From NCBI GenBank assembly GCA_051294375.1, contig CM119265.1:286328-350327 (forward strand): a stretch of DNA of 64,000 nucleotides, in the 5' to 3' direction. The stretch is from Paraspadella gotoi. Its lineage: Eukaryota > Animalia > Chaetognatha. Position 1 is the stretch's first letter, and every line of letters starts with the position of its first letter. The position numbers were made by a program, and so were the translations under genes. The notes beneath the pieces are model-generated. The model did not search any database and was not told where the DNA came from. It was given only the letters and a program-made list of their open reading frames with translations. Below are positions 11,601-24,676 of this stretch, piece after piece.

Positions 11601-13450
11601 CTCCAGGCCCGAATCCCCGCTCATGCAGCCATCGCGCAATTCGACAGATCAATTTCCCGCAGGAAGAAGAGTCGAAAGATCTAGTCGGCACGTCAACGCG
11701 ATAGGACAAGAGGGTATAGACGCTGGAAGAAATGGCTCTCACCAGGCACTTGGGATCGAGACTACCAACGCCTGCGCCCACGACGCTCGCAAACAGGCTA
11801 AGCTTCAGAAAGATCAAACTCGGCTCTCAAAATCTTATCGTCGACGTCTCTAAACGGTCCCAGCAAGACCCTTCGTCCCCGAATCGTGGGGGCGTCGGAC
11901 GATCTTTGACGCTGTCCATGGCCTGGGCCATCCAGGCGTCGCACGAACTAGAAGAGAACAATTCTCTAAAATTCGTCTGGCCATCATTACGCGCACACGA
12001 CACGCTGGCGCGAGAGTGTGTTCCTGTCAGCAAGCAAGTGACACCGTCACGTGACACCGAACATTGGAGACTTCGAAGTTCCAGCTAAGAGGTTTCAGCA
12101 CATCAACCTCGACAATCACAGTAGATGCCTCAAATCAAACGACTATGGCTTTTACTAACCCTGAGTGGACCGCTTCACTAGATGGCCGAGCTGCTTTTGC
12201 CGAATGAAGGACATGTCCTCGCACCACCGGTAGTGACACCTTCGCCCACGATGGTAGCGACCTATCGGAATACCGTCAGATATTCACTCAGACCCGTGGC
12301 GCGCAATTAATACCTCCACATGGAACCAATCTCTCATTATGGGGAATACGCCACCATCAGAACGGCGGCATATCATCCGCAGGCAAACGGGCTCGTAGAG
12401 CGATTCCCATCGCCGCCTCAAAGAGGCGCGATCGCCCGCGAGTGGAGGAGCCTCAACCAGTGGTTCCTGGCGCCTACCATCAGCCTTACTTGCATAGAGG
12501 ACGAACTATCACAACCCGACATTGGCGCCTTCGCAGCAGAGCTCGTCTTTGGTGAAGGTTTAACAAGTCCCAAGGCCGATTTGTTTGCCCCACCACCTGA
12601 CGACGATCACACTCCAGGAGCAGCGCCGCGTCCTTCGGAACAACCTCCGCGTGGAGGTTGAGCGTCTACAACCTACAGAAACGTCAACGTCATCGCCGCT
12701 CACTAACGTCTACCTTTCCCAGAACCTCGCTCGTCGACGCCAACCCACGTGTTTATTCAGCGGCCAGGAGTTAAACGCCACTCACAGCGCCTTATCAAGG
12801 TCCTTATCGCGTCGTTGCGCGCGATAATTTAAACTTAAAGTGGAGAAATCCCAAGGGCGTGGCGTCGGAAACATCGGCCATAACATCGCGAATTAAAACC
12901 CACGACCAGTCTGGAGAAACGAAGACGGCGATGAGCGTGACTCTCAACCTCTCCTCCCCCTGTCTCACCGCATCCCACGGGCGCCGTACCGGTCCTCGCA
13001 CCAGACGCCCGGCGCCAACGTTCTCGGACGACTCGATCGTCCAACCTCGAACGTCTAACCAAGTCGCTTAAATCGATTTCGATCAACTTCACCAGTCGCG
13101 GAGGCCAGAGACGACAGCGACGACGACGAGGAGATCGCCTGGAGACAAGATTATCAGAGGAGAAGTCCACGCGGAAGTAGAGACGCCAGCGTCACCACCA
13201 GCGCCTCTACCAAAAGACCGACCAGACCGACCAAACGTCCCGATTTTTCAAAACCGAAAAAGAATACACTCCTTTCGACGTCAAGCGCCAACACTTTCCC
13301 GTTTGGCGCCCGCCTCCTTCACCGTTGATGGGCCAAGCGCTAGATGCAGCGCCACTTCCTGCCGTCCAACGTGAACGTCAGCCCGCCCACAACGGGGGGG
13401 GGCGGAACGATTCTCGAGGCCGACGCAGAAAATTTTTCTTTCAAAACTGT
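8620..13450 (+). pseudogene. F3 gag-pol, frameshift-ridden (decay or read error)
   Basis: Homologous to F1 gag and pol across many short ORFs; GGGAAAC at 9729-9735. Confidence 0.85.
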
Positions 13451-13645
13451 AAAATAGTTTAAACCGTCCAAACTATTAATTCAGCTACTTACCGTCACCT
13501 ATTAACAAACATTAACGTGAGTTCAAAAACCTGTTAATTATTATTAAAGCAATTAGTAGAATATTCCAACAATACTGGTTTTCTCTTCTTAACCCTGGCT
13601 TTGAGCCCAACCGTTCCACATTTTTGCAAATTTTGTCTGGGGGGA

Positions 13646-14543
13646 TGTAGAATCGAACCTTAGTATTTTCAGCACAGTTGAATCCTCGACGACCTAACGC
13701 CAATTTTCGGATCGATGTTTATCAATTATTTTTAACTTTTATTTATATTTAAAATAAGTTAATTAAATTATTTCAATTAATAATAAAAAACGTTCGCGAC
13801 CTGGCCTTGAACTCAGGAATTCTATCCACATCGTTATGTCTTTAGCCAGAAGTCGCCACTGAGACAGTTAACTTTTTTTCTCTCAAATCTCCCTTATAAT
13901 AATGTTCCTATTGCAACATGAATTGATCTTTTTGTTATGCGTTAAACAAAGGAACACTGCAAATATCCATAAGCAGCTGATTCATTTTTTATATCTTTCT
14001 TTGTTTATTCCAGTAAAGTCTGGAAACATTTTAATTCATCAGAGGAAATTAACTCCTTATACATTCGTTATTATTTCTCTTCCAATCGTTATTCGCCTAA
14101 TTACTGTTAATTATTATTGATTGTTTTGTTTACATATAGCTATTTGAATTGCTTGATGGCAAAAAGCACTTCGAATATCTATATGCTTTGATTATTTTAA
14201 TTAGGTATTACTTTTAAATCATTAACGCAAGCAAGTTGGTTTACTTCGTTTTTTACCTGAGCAATATAACTTTGCACGTAGTCGCGTCAACGCAACGTCA
14301 GCGTCAACGCCACTTCCGGTTTTAATAAAAACTCTTTGAATCAAGCCAAAATCAAGCCACGTCATAAACGAACTCACGTCAGCGGCCTCTAAACGCCATC
14401 TACGACGCCAATAGCGACGCCAACGACGCCGCCAACTTCATCGGCCACGCCACTCTCTCCCCGATCGGCTCAATCTCTTTCGTTGAACTCATTCTGACGT
14501 TAGTTGGCGATCCTCTACATCAAAGTGAGTTACCTCTACGCCA
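13646..14543 (+). repeat. F3 3' LTR
   Basis: Starts TGTAGA after the PPT and ends against the telomeric array. Confidence 0.9.
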
Positions 14544-14573
14544 CTAAACCCTAACCTAACCCTAACCCTAACC

Positions 14574-14614
<41 letters not shown>

Positions 14615-14658
14615 CCTAACCCTAACCCTAACCCTAACCCTAACCCTAACCCCTAACC

Positions 14659-14699
<41 letters not shown>

Positions 14700-14935
14700 C
14701 CTAACCCTAACCCTAACCCTAACCCTAACCCTAACCCTAACCCTAACCCCTAACCCTAACCCTAAACCCTAACCTAAACCTAACCTCCTAACCCTAACCC
14801 TAACCCTTAACCCTAACCCTAACCTCTAACCCTAACCCTAACCCTAACCCTCTAACCCTAACCCTAACCCTAACCCTAACCCTAACCCTAACCCTACCCT
14901 AAACCCTAACCCTAACCTAACCCGAACGCCTAACC
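14544..14935. repeat. Telomeric repeat (CCCTAA)n
   Basis: Direct reading. Confidence 0.97.
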
Positions 14936-14937
14936 CT

Positions 14938-17024
14938 CCTAAGATTAAGAGATATCCTGGCGGCCAATGTGGGACATGAGGCATGAGTGACAGAACCAAA
15001 TCATTCTCCTTTAAAGGTAACATCACCTGCTTGCTTCAAAATCAGCAGCCATCTTGTGTTAATGATCGATGACGACTAATAAAGGAACTATGTTAATCAA
15101 AGGTCATCGATGGAGGATCAGTATTACATAATAAAACCAGGTTTGGTCGTTTCAGATAAAATCGGCTTAACAGTAATAATGGTTAAGACGTCGGACTGTG
15201 GATCCTGGGGTCGCTGGTTCGAATCCAGAGAGGTGAGTGTTATTTTATAATTTATAATATTAATCAGGAGACTCGATATGATCTAAAATATCATTATCGA
15301 TAATTACTTAATAGATTAATATTGATTTGGTTCGATTAAATTAATTATCATAAATTTTGGCGCCAGGTACAAAGGCTAATACGCCCTAGATGTCGGTGCC
15401 CGTCACCCCTAGAAAAAATTAGGGGGAAAAAATTTTTCGCTTGATTTTATCTAAAAAATAAGCTTTGCCTTTGTTTCGAATTTTTGGTGTACTGAATTTA
15501 CAAGTAAAGTGAACACAAAAAATTAGAAAAAGTACACTTATGTGTTCAAAACGGAAAAAACGGTAATGAAATTGGATGTAAATTGTAAATACGTTGGAGT
15601 TAGTATTCATTACTAACAATTTTGATGATATATACTTAACGGTTGATTTCGGTGATTATTGGTGGGATTAATTAAATATCGAGGTGATTATGGGTGATTA
15701 ACGAGTTGAATAATCGATAGTAACGGTAAAATTTGGAGATTAAAAATTGGAAATTGGAAAGATTTCAAAGTAAAGGTTAAAGTTCGAATGAGACTTTAAA
15801 AGGGGATTGTTTTTTTTAAAAATGAACTGACGCCGTTCGATTTGAAATGCTGCAGTGTTTTCTCTTCGCGTGATTTGCTGAGCATGTGTGAAAGGAAGCG
15901 GCAAATATGATGGGGCGATTGAATTAATATCCGTTGGTTGACGCTTGATCTTCGCCTTTCGATAGAGAAGTTTTTCGGGGGTGGGTTTGGGGAAAAAATG
16001 TGGGGGGGAGGGGGGCGAGTAGGGGGAAGGTATAGGTTCGTTCGCCGGCCTCCGGATCGTTCCTCAGCTCGTTTATCTGAGTCTAAATCGACGTCGTTGG
16101 GATTATTAGCTTCTTTGGTTGTTTTGATTTTCCCGTTTGTTTACATTATTGTGTTTACCTTTTTTACTCGGTTTGTTTTAATTTTAGATTTAAGAGGGGG
16201 AAAATCGCTAGAGGGAAGAGGTTTTGGGTCGGGGGTGGAGGCGGGGGTGGTGGGGAAGAGGATTGGGGAGGGGGGGGGAGGAGGAGGAGGATGGAGGAGG
16301 AGGAGGAGGGGGAAGACGAGTTCTCCGCTATATTTTGATCGAAGGACCCGATTTGACGGAGTCGGAAAACGGGGTTCGAATTCCGGTCGCACCGGCCCGG
16401 GGGAAAGGCGGAGAGGGAGGTGGTGACGGCGTCTGGGCGGGCCTGGCGCCCGCCGCTGGCGCGGCGTCCTCGTCGTTTCGCCTCGTACGCTGGTTTAAAA
16501 CGCGAGATCGAACGTTTTCATTTCTCGCCCGGGATTTTTGAATTCTAAACGTTAGTTGATCGCGGCTGTGACGCGGTACGGTCCGAGGTAAGGCGTCGCG
16601 CGAGAGACGGCGCGCACGCCCCCTCGGCGCACAGTAGACGTGAGAATGGCGTGGCGCAGAGTTTTCCGGTAGATATGGAATTTGAGGGCGACGATGAGTA
16701 GAAGTTTGGGAACAGGGCTGGAAGGCGGCTATTTGAGGCGTAAGTTGGCGAGTGGTGCGAACTCGTTGATCGCGCTCGCTGGCGTCAAACTTCCGGTCTG
16801 GGTTTTTGAAAGCGAGGTCGCCAGGGAACGGCGATGGGTTTCACCGTTACCAGTTCAGCCGAGAGGCGCCGACGTCGGGTTTCAGAGTCGTTCTTGATGG
16901 CGAGTAAAGCGGCAGGGGAAGTCGCCATACCATTCTCCCTTTGTATCGGCGCCGAGAGCGATGCAGGGACTCCTTTAAAGCGACGGTGGAATCTCTCGAC
17001 GAGCCGTTCTTGTGGATGATAGGG
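14938..17024 (-). mobile_element. 3' part of Gypsy family F4: integrase remnant, 3' UTR and 3' LTR (~14938-15400)
   Basis: PYHPQ..LVERFHRR, GPYRV-like sequence and a poly-Pro tail on minus strand. 14938-15990 is repeated at 53883-54922. Confidence 0.82.
15161..15238 (+). ncRNA. tRNA-like cassette in F4 LTR (antisense), anticodon-loop-like CTGTGGA
   Basis: TGGTTAAGAC, GGA-CTGTGGA-TCC stem-loop, T-arm CTGG-TTCGAAT-CCAG, then TTTT. Confidence 0.65.
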
Positions 17025-17049
17025 NNNNNNNNNNNNNNNNNNNNNNNNN

Positions 17050-17470
17050 CTGTTCATCAAGAGAGGTCTTACCGCCAAAAGAATTCAAACTGTTTTATTG
17101 ATTGTTTACTTTAGTAAACTGATTCTTTTCTCTGTCACTCTGTTCTGGATTCAAATCAATAAATGTTTTATCTCACAATTAAAACAATGTTTTTATTCAA
17201 CTCAAAATGTAACTAATACATTAACTCATGAGATATTGATTTTCTAATCCAAATCGAATCATTAATAAAATCGAATCAAATTACTTAATCTTCACTTCGA
17301 TAATGAAATTATTAATCTCACTCAATTAATCAAATTAATAATCACTTCGAATAATAACTGATTAATCTCTCGATCTCGATATTAAAATTCTGATTCTAAA
17401 AACAATCAAATAAACTCATCAATATGATTGTTCTTCATGTGATATGAATTCCCTGCACTGCGCGCCACTT
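17050..17470 (+). repeat. Partial LTR of a related family
   Basis: AT-rich LTR-like body with the TTCCCTGCA...GCGCGCC motif found near the 3' end of the F2 LTR. Confidence 0.5.
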
Positions 17471-17479
17471 CAAGCTGAA

Positions 17480-20400
17480 GACTGAAGATGTCACTTGCTT
17501 AGCTTCAAGTCACAACGTTGTCAACGCAGAAAACAAGATGATTCTGAGTCAGAAGAAGAAGAGGGCATTAACGCAGTCAACGCCCACTCAAAGAAAAGTT
17601 TCAAAGGCAAGAAGCGACAGGGCCAGAATCAGAAGGCAAAAGCGAAACCCAAGCTTTTGACATTATGTCAAAAACACGTTAAGTTCGGCGACGACGCCTG
17701 GTCGTGCGAACCAGGTTGTTCCAAGTACGACGAAAACCAGCGAAAACGTGAGGGAAACGCCAAGGGGGGACNNNNNNNNNNAACGCCGTCCCCCAAGCGT
17801 CAACACGATCACCGGCGCCCAATCATCTTTTGTACATCCGTGACGCCAAAGATCGGACGAAATGGTTAGTAGATGGAGGAGCTTTACTGTCGATTGTGCC
17901 TCCAACGCAACAGCAACGTCAACAGGGCCCCGACCCCAAGATGAAGCTTCAGGCAGCGAACGGGTCTCCGATCAGCTGCTATGGGACAATCGACAGAACG
18001 GTAAATCTAGGAAATCGACAATTCGACTACACCTTCGTTGTGGCTGACGTGAGGCAAAATATTCTCGGCGCCGACTTCATGGCGGAGAATTTTCTGGCGC
18101 CCAATCACCGCGACGGATTACTGATTGATCTCCGGGACTATTCGACCATCGCGGCGACAATAGCGTCAGAAACAACGTCACACGTCAACTTCGTCGATAG
18201 GCAAGGAGAAAAATATTATAAGCTCCTAGAATCGTTCCCCTCCCTATCTCAACCAACGTTCGAAATGAAGGAACCCAAGCACGGAGTGACTCATTCGATT
18301 CCAACAGAAGGCCGCCCGTGCCAATCAAAGGCTCGACGTCTCGATCCAGAGAAATTGGCGGTGGCCAAACGTGAACTCGAAAAGATGGTGTCATTGGGCA
18401 TAGCAAAAAGAGGAAAATCCGAATGGTCGTCACCCCTCCACGTGGTCAGCAAACCTGATGGGGGGTGGCGATGCTGTGGGGATTATAGGAGGCTCAATTC
18501 ACAAACAATTGATGATAAGTACCCAGTTAAGTTACTGACGGATTTTAATTCGCAGCTGGAGGGAAAAAACATCTTCTCTAAAATAGACTTACTGAAGGGG
18601 TACCACCAAATCCCGGTTAACCCTGATGACGTGAAAAAGACCGCCGTCATCACACCATTCGGATTATATGTATTTCCCCGTTGTCCATTCGGCCTCAAGA
18701 ATGCTGGACAAGACTTCCAGAGGCTGATGGACGAGATTCTCGGGGAAATACCTCATACGTTTGTATATCTTGACGATATACTGGTAGCATCATCATCCCC
18801 TGAAGAGCATCTGAAGGATCTGGAGAATGTCTTCAAAGCGCTAGATGCTAATGGCTTGGTCGTCAATACCAAGAAATGTCTACTCGGCCAAGAGTCGTTA
18901 GAGTTTCTGGGTTTTCTAGTCGATAAGGACGGCGTCAGGCCACTTCCGGAAAGAGTGCAAACGCTACAGGAGACGACGCGCCCGACAACGATAAAGGAAC
19001 TCCAGCGCTTCCTCGGAATGATAAACTATTATCGTCGCTTCATTCNNNNNNNNNNGCATCGATGTGCTCCTCTGTACGAGGCGCTTAGTGGGAAACCAAA
19101 AACGCTGAATTGGACGAACGACTGCGAACTCGCCTTTGAGGCGATCAAAGAAGGTCTGATTCAAGCAGCTCTACTGCACGCATCCAAGAACGGAGCACAG
19201 CTCTGTATCACCACAGACGCTTCGGATCAAGCAGTAGGGGCTGTGCTCGAACAACGTGGACCGAAGGGTTGGGAACCCCTGGCTTTTTCAACAAAACTTG
19301 CCAAAAATCAGAAATTATGGCCACCCTTCGATAAAGAATATTCGGAGCGTTTCGAGCTGTAAGGCATTTTAGGCATTGGGTCGAGGGGAGATCCTTTACA
19401 TTATACTACAGATCAGCAGCAAGAGCCTCGTCTCCGCGATCAAAAGAAAAAGGCTGAACCCCAGACAATGCGTCAATCTTATCAATTATCGGTTATAGCC
19501 GAATTTACTACAGACGTGCGATACTTGAAAGGTAAAGCAAATGTAGTCGCAGACGCTTTATCACGACCAAACGCCATCACAGCCTCAACAAACGCGTCAA
19601 CGCCACACGACAAACTCGACGACATCAACGACCTCATCGACGCCTTCGACGACGAAATCAACGACCTCGACCACTCCGAGATCGACGTCGGCGTNNNNNN
19701 NNNNATTATCGTCGTCATTACCGTCGTCAACGCCATCGTCGTCATTATCGTCGTCACCGTCTCCAATAGCGACCGAAACGTCAGCGCCAGCGCCGCCGAC
19801 ANNNNNNNNNNCAGCAACGGCAGCAGCGGCAACTCCCACGTCATCATCATCGATAACAACGCCTCCAGCAACGAATAAATCAATAAAACCTGATCGACTA
19901 GAGGACACTCATGCAGTTATCGCCTCTCTCACCAGTTTCGAAATAGATTTTGAGCAAATGGCGAGAGAGCAAGTGCTCGATCCANNNNNNNNNNAAATTG
20001 CTGAAGATGCTAGATCAGGCCTTAATTTCAGAAAAATCAAAATTGGCGATCAAGATCTTTTAACGGACATATCTAACGGCCCAGCTAGGCCATTTGTCCC
20101 AGCGTCATGGCGGAAAAAAGTTTTCGACGTTATTCATGGCTTAGGCCATCCAGGGATCGATGCCACTCGAAAGGCAATAGCTGCTAAATTCGTCTGGACC
20201 AACATGCGCCAAGACGTCTCGAAATGGGCAAGAGATTGTCTAGATTGTCAGAGAGCGAAAGTGACGAGACATGTCATCCCCGAGATTGGGGAATTCAAGG
20301 TGCCACAAAGACGTTTCCAGCACCTCAACTTAGACCTTGTGAAAATGCCGAAATCAAATGGGTTTTCTCATCTCCTCACTATAGTGGACCGTTTTTCAAG

Positions 20401-20928
20401 ATGGCCGACGGCCATCCCGATCGTCGACACGTTAACGTCAACAATCATCGACGCTTTGAGTCTACAATGGATTAGCAACTATGGATGCCCATCAATCATT
20501 ACGACAGACAGAGGTAGCCAATTCAATTCAGCATTGTGGCGCCAGCTAATGAAACAGTGGGGAATTCGTCACCAAATGACGACGGCTTACCATCCCCAGG
20601 CCAACGGCCTGGTGGAAAGGTTTCACAGAAGGTTAAAAGAATCACTCATGGCCTTGGCGAAAGAAAACAAAGAAAAGTGGTTTTGGAAATTGCCAATGAC
20701 ATTATTGGCGATTAGAACGACGGTGAAGGAAGATATCGGCGCGTCGGCAGCGGATTTAGTATTTGGCGAGGGAATATCGGTCCCCGGATGCATCCTCGAC
20801 GACCCTCAGAACGACGACGAGGCGTTGCAAACGCCAAAGAAAGAAACAATTAGCAAAACTCCGCTTAGAAAGTGGCAAGACTTCAACCGACAGAAACTTC
20901 CGCCCATCAACAACCCGCCGTCCACATT
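17480..20928 (+). mobile_element. Gypsy internal fragment: gag C-terminus plus pol (PR-RT-RH-IN), truncated in the integrase tail
   Basis: CQKH..CEPGC, GGGAAAC at 17752-17758, ORFs 17830..19362, 19468..19878 and 19958..21064. 20771-20928 matches 29549-29702. Confidence 0.92.
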
Positions 20929-21368
20929 AAGCTACGTTTTTAAAATTCCGTTTTGTGCGGCTGTTTGTTACATAAGTTCGCGGAAATCTTTTTTCTGTCA
21001 TTACAGCTTCAAACGAGGTTTCATCCGTAACAAAAAAACGTTTTTTTCGAGTAAAAAACGTTAACTTAATTTTCAGCTGGCAACGTGACCTTAAAATCGC
21101 AAGATATTAATTTTTTCGCTACATTTGTTTTTTTTAGTTTTTTTTATTATACTTTATAGGCCAATTTGTAAAAATTGTCAAAGAGAAAGAGTTCTACCGA
21201 TACGAAAAACAAGTTTTATTATCCGCCTACTAGTAAACCGCGAAACGACGTAACAAGCTTAATCTAAATCACAGCTATAAAACAACTGCCGCACCGAATT
21301 CTCCAATCTGCTGTCACAAATTGGAATCTCTCACCTTTCACTTCTTCTGTTGCATTTTCTCATCAGCC

Positions 21369-21710
21369 ATGTCTTTTATCAATTATGGACTCGGAGAATG
21401 GACGGTCTCCTCATTGCGCGTGCTCAACGACGAATTCAACTGCGACCACGCGCACATCTTCCTCGCTGATTGTCCATGGCGCCGAGATCCTCACTTCCGC
21501 TCGCTTTCGCTCCTACGATTCTGCCGCGCCACTGGAGACATCGGAGCGGGTCCGGTGGAGTGGGCTGCGGTGCTGGGCCTCGTCGTCTGCGGTGCCACGG
21601 GATACTTTCTCTTACCATACCTCTGCGCGCTGAGCGTTGCCTATGACAACTGGGAGATTTTTGCCGCCCTTCATTATAGGCGGGGGATTTTGTTAACGGG
21701 CGCGCGGTAG
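21369..21710 (+). CDS. Unidentified GC-rich ORF/exon (~113 aa, hydrophobic C-terminal half)
   Basis: TATAAAA at ~21276, GCCATG context, GC-rich versus flanks, stop abuts the satellite. No recognised family. Confidence 0.3.
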   Translation: MSFINYGLGEWTVSSLRVLNDEFNCDHAHIFLADCPWRRDPHFRSLSLLRFCRATGDIGAGPVEWAAVLGLVVCGATGYFLLPYLCALSVAYDNWEIFAALHYRRGILLTGAR

Positions 21711-24676
21711 GTGTGGATAGTTGTTTTTTTAGCTGACTTTGACATGTGTGGATTTTGTTTTTTAGCTGACTTTGAAAATTGTGGATATTGTTTTTTTAGC
21801 TTGACGTTTGAAATGTGGTGTGTTTATACTAATTGGTATTGTTTTAGCTGACCTTTGAAATGTGTGGATAATTGTTTATTCTGACTTTGAAATGTGTGGA
21901 TATTGTTTTTTGTTTAGCTGACTTTGATGTTGTGGATATTGTTTTTAGCTGACTTTGAAATGTGTGGATATTGTTTTAGCTGACTTTGTGAAAATGTGTG
22001 GATATTGTTTTTTAGCTGACTTTGAAATGTTGTGGATATTGTTTTTAGCCTGACTTTGAAATGTGTGATATTGTTTTTTAGCTGAAGACTTGAAATGTGT
22101 TGATATTGTTTTTAGGGCTGAGCTTTGAATGTGTGCGAATATTGTTTTTTAGCTGATTTGAAATGTGTGGGATATGTAGTGATTTGGAATTTGGATATTG
22201 TTTGCTGACTTTGAAAATTGTTGATATTGTTTTTAGCTGACTTTGAAATGTGTGGATATTGTTTTTTAGCTTGACCTTTGAAATGTGTGGATATTGTTTT
22301 AGCTGACTTTGAAATGTGTGGATAATTGTTTTTTTAGCTGACTTTGATTGTGATAGTTAGCTACCTGTGTGGTATATTTGTTTTTTAGCTGACTTTGACA
22401 ATGTGTGGATATTGTTTTTTAAGCTGACTGTTTGAAATGGTGTGGATAATTGGTTTTTTAGCTGACTTTGAAAATGTGTGGATATTGTTTTTTAGCTGAC
22501 TTTGAAATGTGTGGATATTGTTTTTTTAAGCTTGACCTTTGCCAAATGTGTGGATATTGTTTTTTTAGCTGACTTTGAAATGGTGTGATATGTGCTTGTT
22601 TATAGTGGTAGTTATTTATCGATTTGGGAAATGTGTGGATAGTTGTTTTTAGTGACTTTGAAATGTGTGTGAGTATTGTTTTTTTAGCTGACATGTGAAA
22701 TGTGTGTGGATTTTAGTTTTAACTGAGTTCGAAAAGTGTGGATATTGTTTTTTTAGCTGACTTTGAAATGTGTGGATATTGTTTTTTAAGACTGACTTTG
22801 AAATGTGTGGATATTGTTTTTTAGCTGACTTTGAAATGTTGTGGATATTGTTTTGTAGCTATCTTGATATGTTGTGGATATTGTTTTTTTTAGCTGGATC
22901 TTTAGGAGAACTGATGTGTGATATTGTTTTTTAGGCTGACTTTGAAAATGTGTGGATATTGGTTTTTAGGCTGACTTTGAATGTGTGGGATATTGTTTTT
23001 TAGCTGACTTTGGAAATGTGTGGATATTGTTTTTTAGCTGACCTTTGATGTGTTGGATATTGTTTTTTAGGCTGACTTTGAAATGTGTGGATATTGTTTT
23101 TAGCTGGACTTTGAAATGTGGTGGATATTGTTTTTAGCTGACTTTGAATGTGTGGATATGTGTTTTTAGCTGACTTTGAAATGTGTGGATATTGTTTTTA
23201 TTAGCTGACTTTGAAAATGTGTGCGTTGTTAGCTGATTTTGAATTGTTGATTTGTTTTAGCTGACTTTGAAATGGTGTGGATAATTGTTTTTTGTAGCTG
23301 ACATTGAAATGTGTGGATATTGTTTTTAGTCTGGACTTTGAAAATGTGTGGAAATATTGTTTTTTTAGCTGACTTTGAAAGTGTGGATAATTGTAGCTGT
23401 ATTTGAATTGTGTGGATATTGTTTTTTAGCTGACTTTGAAATGTGTGGATTTGGTTTGCTGACTTGAATAATGTGTGGGATAATTGTTTTTTTAGGCTGG
23501 ACTTTGGAAATGTTGTGGATATTGTTTGTTAGCTGAACTGAAAGTTGTGGATGATTTGTTTTTTAGCTGACTTTGAAAATGTGTGGATATTGTATTTAGC
23601 TGACTATATAATGTGTGGAATTGTTTTTTAGTCATGACTTTGAAATGTGGTGGATATTGTTTTTTAGCCTGACTTTGAAATTGTGTGGATGTTGTTTTTA
23701 GCTGACTTGTGAAATGTGTGGATATTGTTGTTTAGTGCTGACTTTGAAATGTGGTGTGGATTATTGTTTTTTAGCTGACTTTGAAATGTGTGGATATTGG
23801 TTTTTTATCGCTGACAATTGAAATGTGTGGATATTGTTTTTTAGCTGACTTTGAAATGTGTGGATATTGTTTTTAAAGCTGAACTTTTGAAAATGTGTGT
23901 ATTGTTTGTTTTAGCCTAGACTTTGAAAATGTTGTGGATATATATTGTTTTTTAGCTGACCTTTGAAATGTGTGGATTTGTTTTTTAGCTTGACTTTGAA
24001 ATGGTGTGGATTATTTGTTTTTAGCATGACTTTGAAATGGTGGTGGATTTGTTTTTTAGCTGACTGTTGAAATGGTGTGGATATTGTTTTTTTAGTGACA
24101 TTGGAATAATGTGTGGATATTGTTTTTTTTTTAGCTGACTTTTGAAATTGTGTGGATATTTGTTTTTTGTAGCTGACATTGAAATGTGTGGATATTGGTT
24201 TTTTAGGCTGACTTTGAAAAAATGTGTGTGGATATTGTTTTTTGAGCATGACTTGAAAAAATGTGGTGGATATTGTTTTTAGCTGACTTTGAAATGTGTG
24301 GATAATGTGTTTTTTAGCTGACTTTGAAAGATGTTGTGGGATCATTGTTTTTTTTAGCTGAACTTTTGAAATGGTGTGGATACTTGGTTTTTTTAAGGCT
24401 GACTTGAAATGTGTGGATATTTTTTTTTAGCTGGACTTTGAAATGTGTGGATATTGTTTTTTTATAGCTGACTTTTGATAAATGTGTGGGATTTGTTTAT
24501 AAGCTGACTTTGAAAATAGTGTGGATATTGTTTTTTAGCTGACATTTGAAAATGTGTGGGATATTGTTTTTTAAGCTGACTTGTGAAAATGTGTGGATAT
24601 TGTTTTTTAGCTGACATTGAATATATTGTGTGAGTATTGTTTTTTGTAAGCTGAGCATTTGAAAATGTTGTTGGAT
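21711..24676. repeat. Satellite, ~33-35 bp unit AGCTGACTTTGAAATGTGTGGATATTGTTTTTT
   Basis: Tandem array of ~3 kb; one or two more units at ~25420-25470. Confidence 0.95.

Larger units (their letters stand above)
7651..14543 (+). mobile_element. Full-length Gypsy element F3 with both LTRs, flanked on both sides by (CCCTAA)n; coding region heavily frameshifted
   Basis: LTRs 7651-8552 and 13646-14543, PBS TGGTGAACC at 8555, PPT GGGGGGA at 13639-13645. Gag/pol motifs occur in scattered frames (CGDFRRL, VKELQRF.LGMVNYY, YHPQANGLVERF). Confidence 0.9.

Noticed and set aside
8620-13450. F3 and F8 as ancient dead elements
   Set aside because: Indel-dominated damage also affects adjacent telomeric repeats, so read error cannot be separated from decay.
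21711-24676. ~35 bp repeat array as CRISPR
   Set aside because: Head-to-tail units without unique spacers, eukaryotic context, no cas genes.
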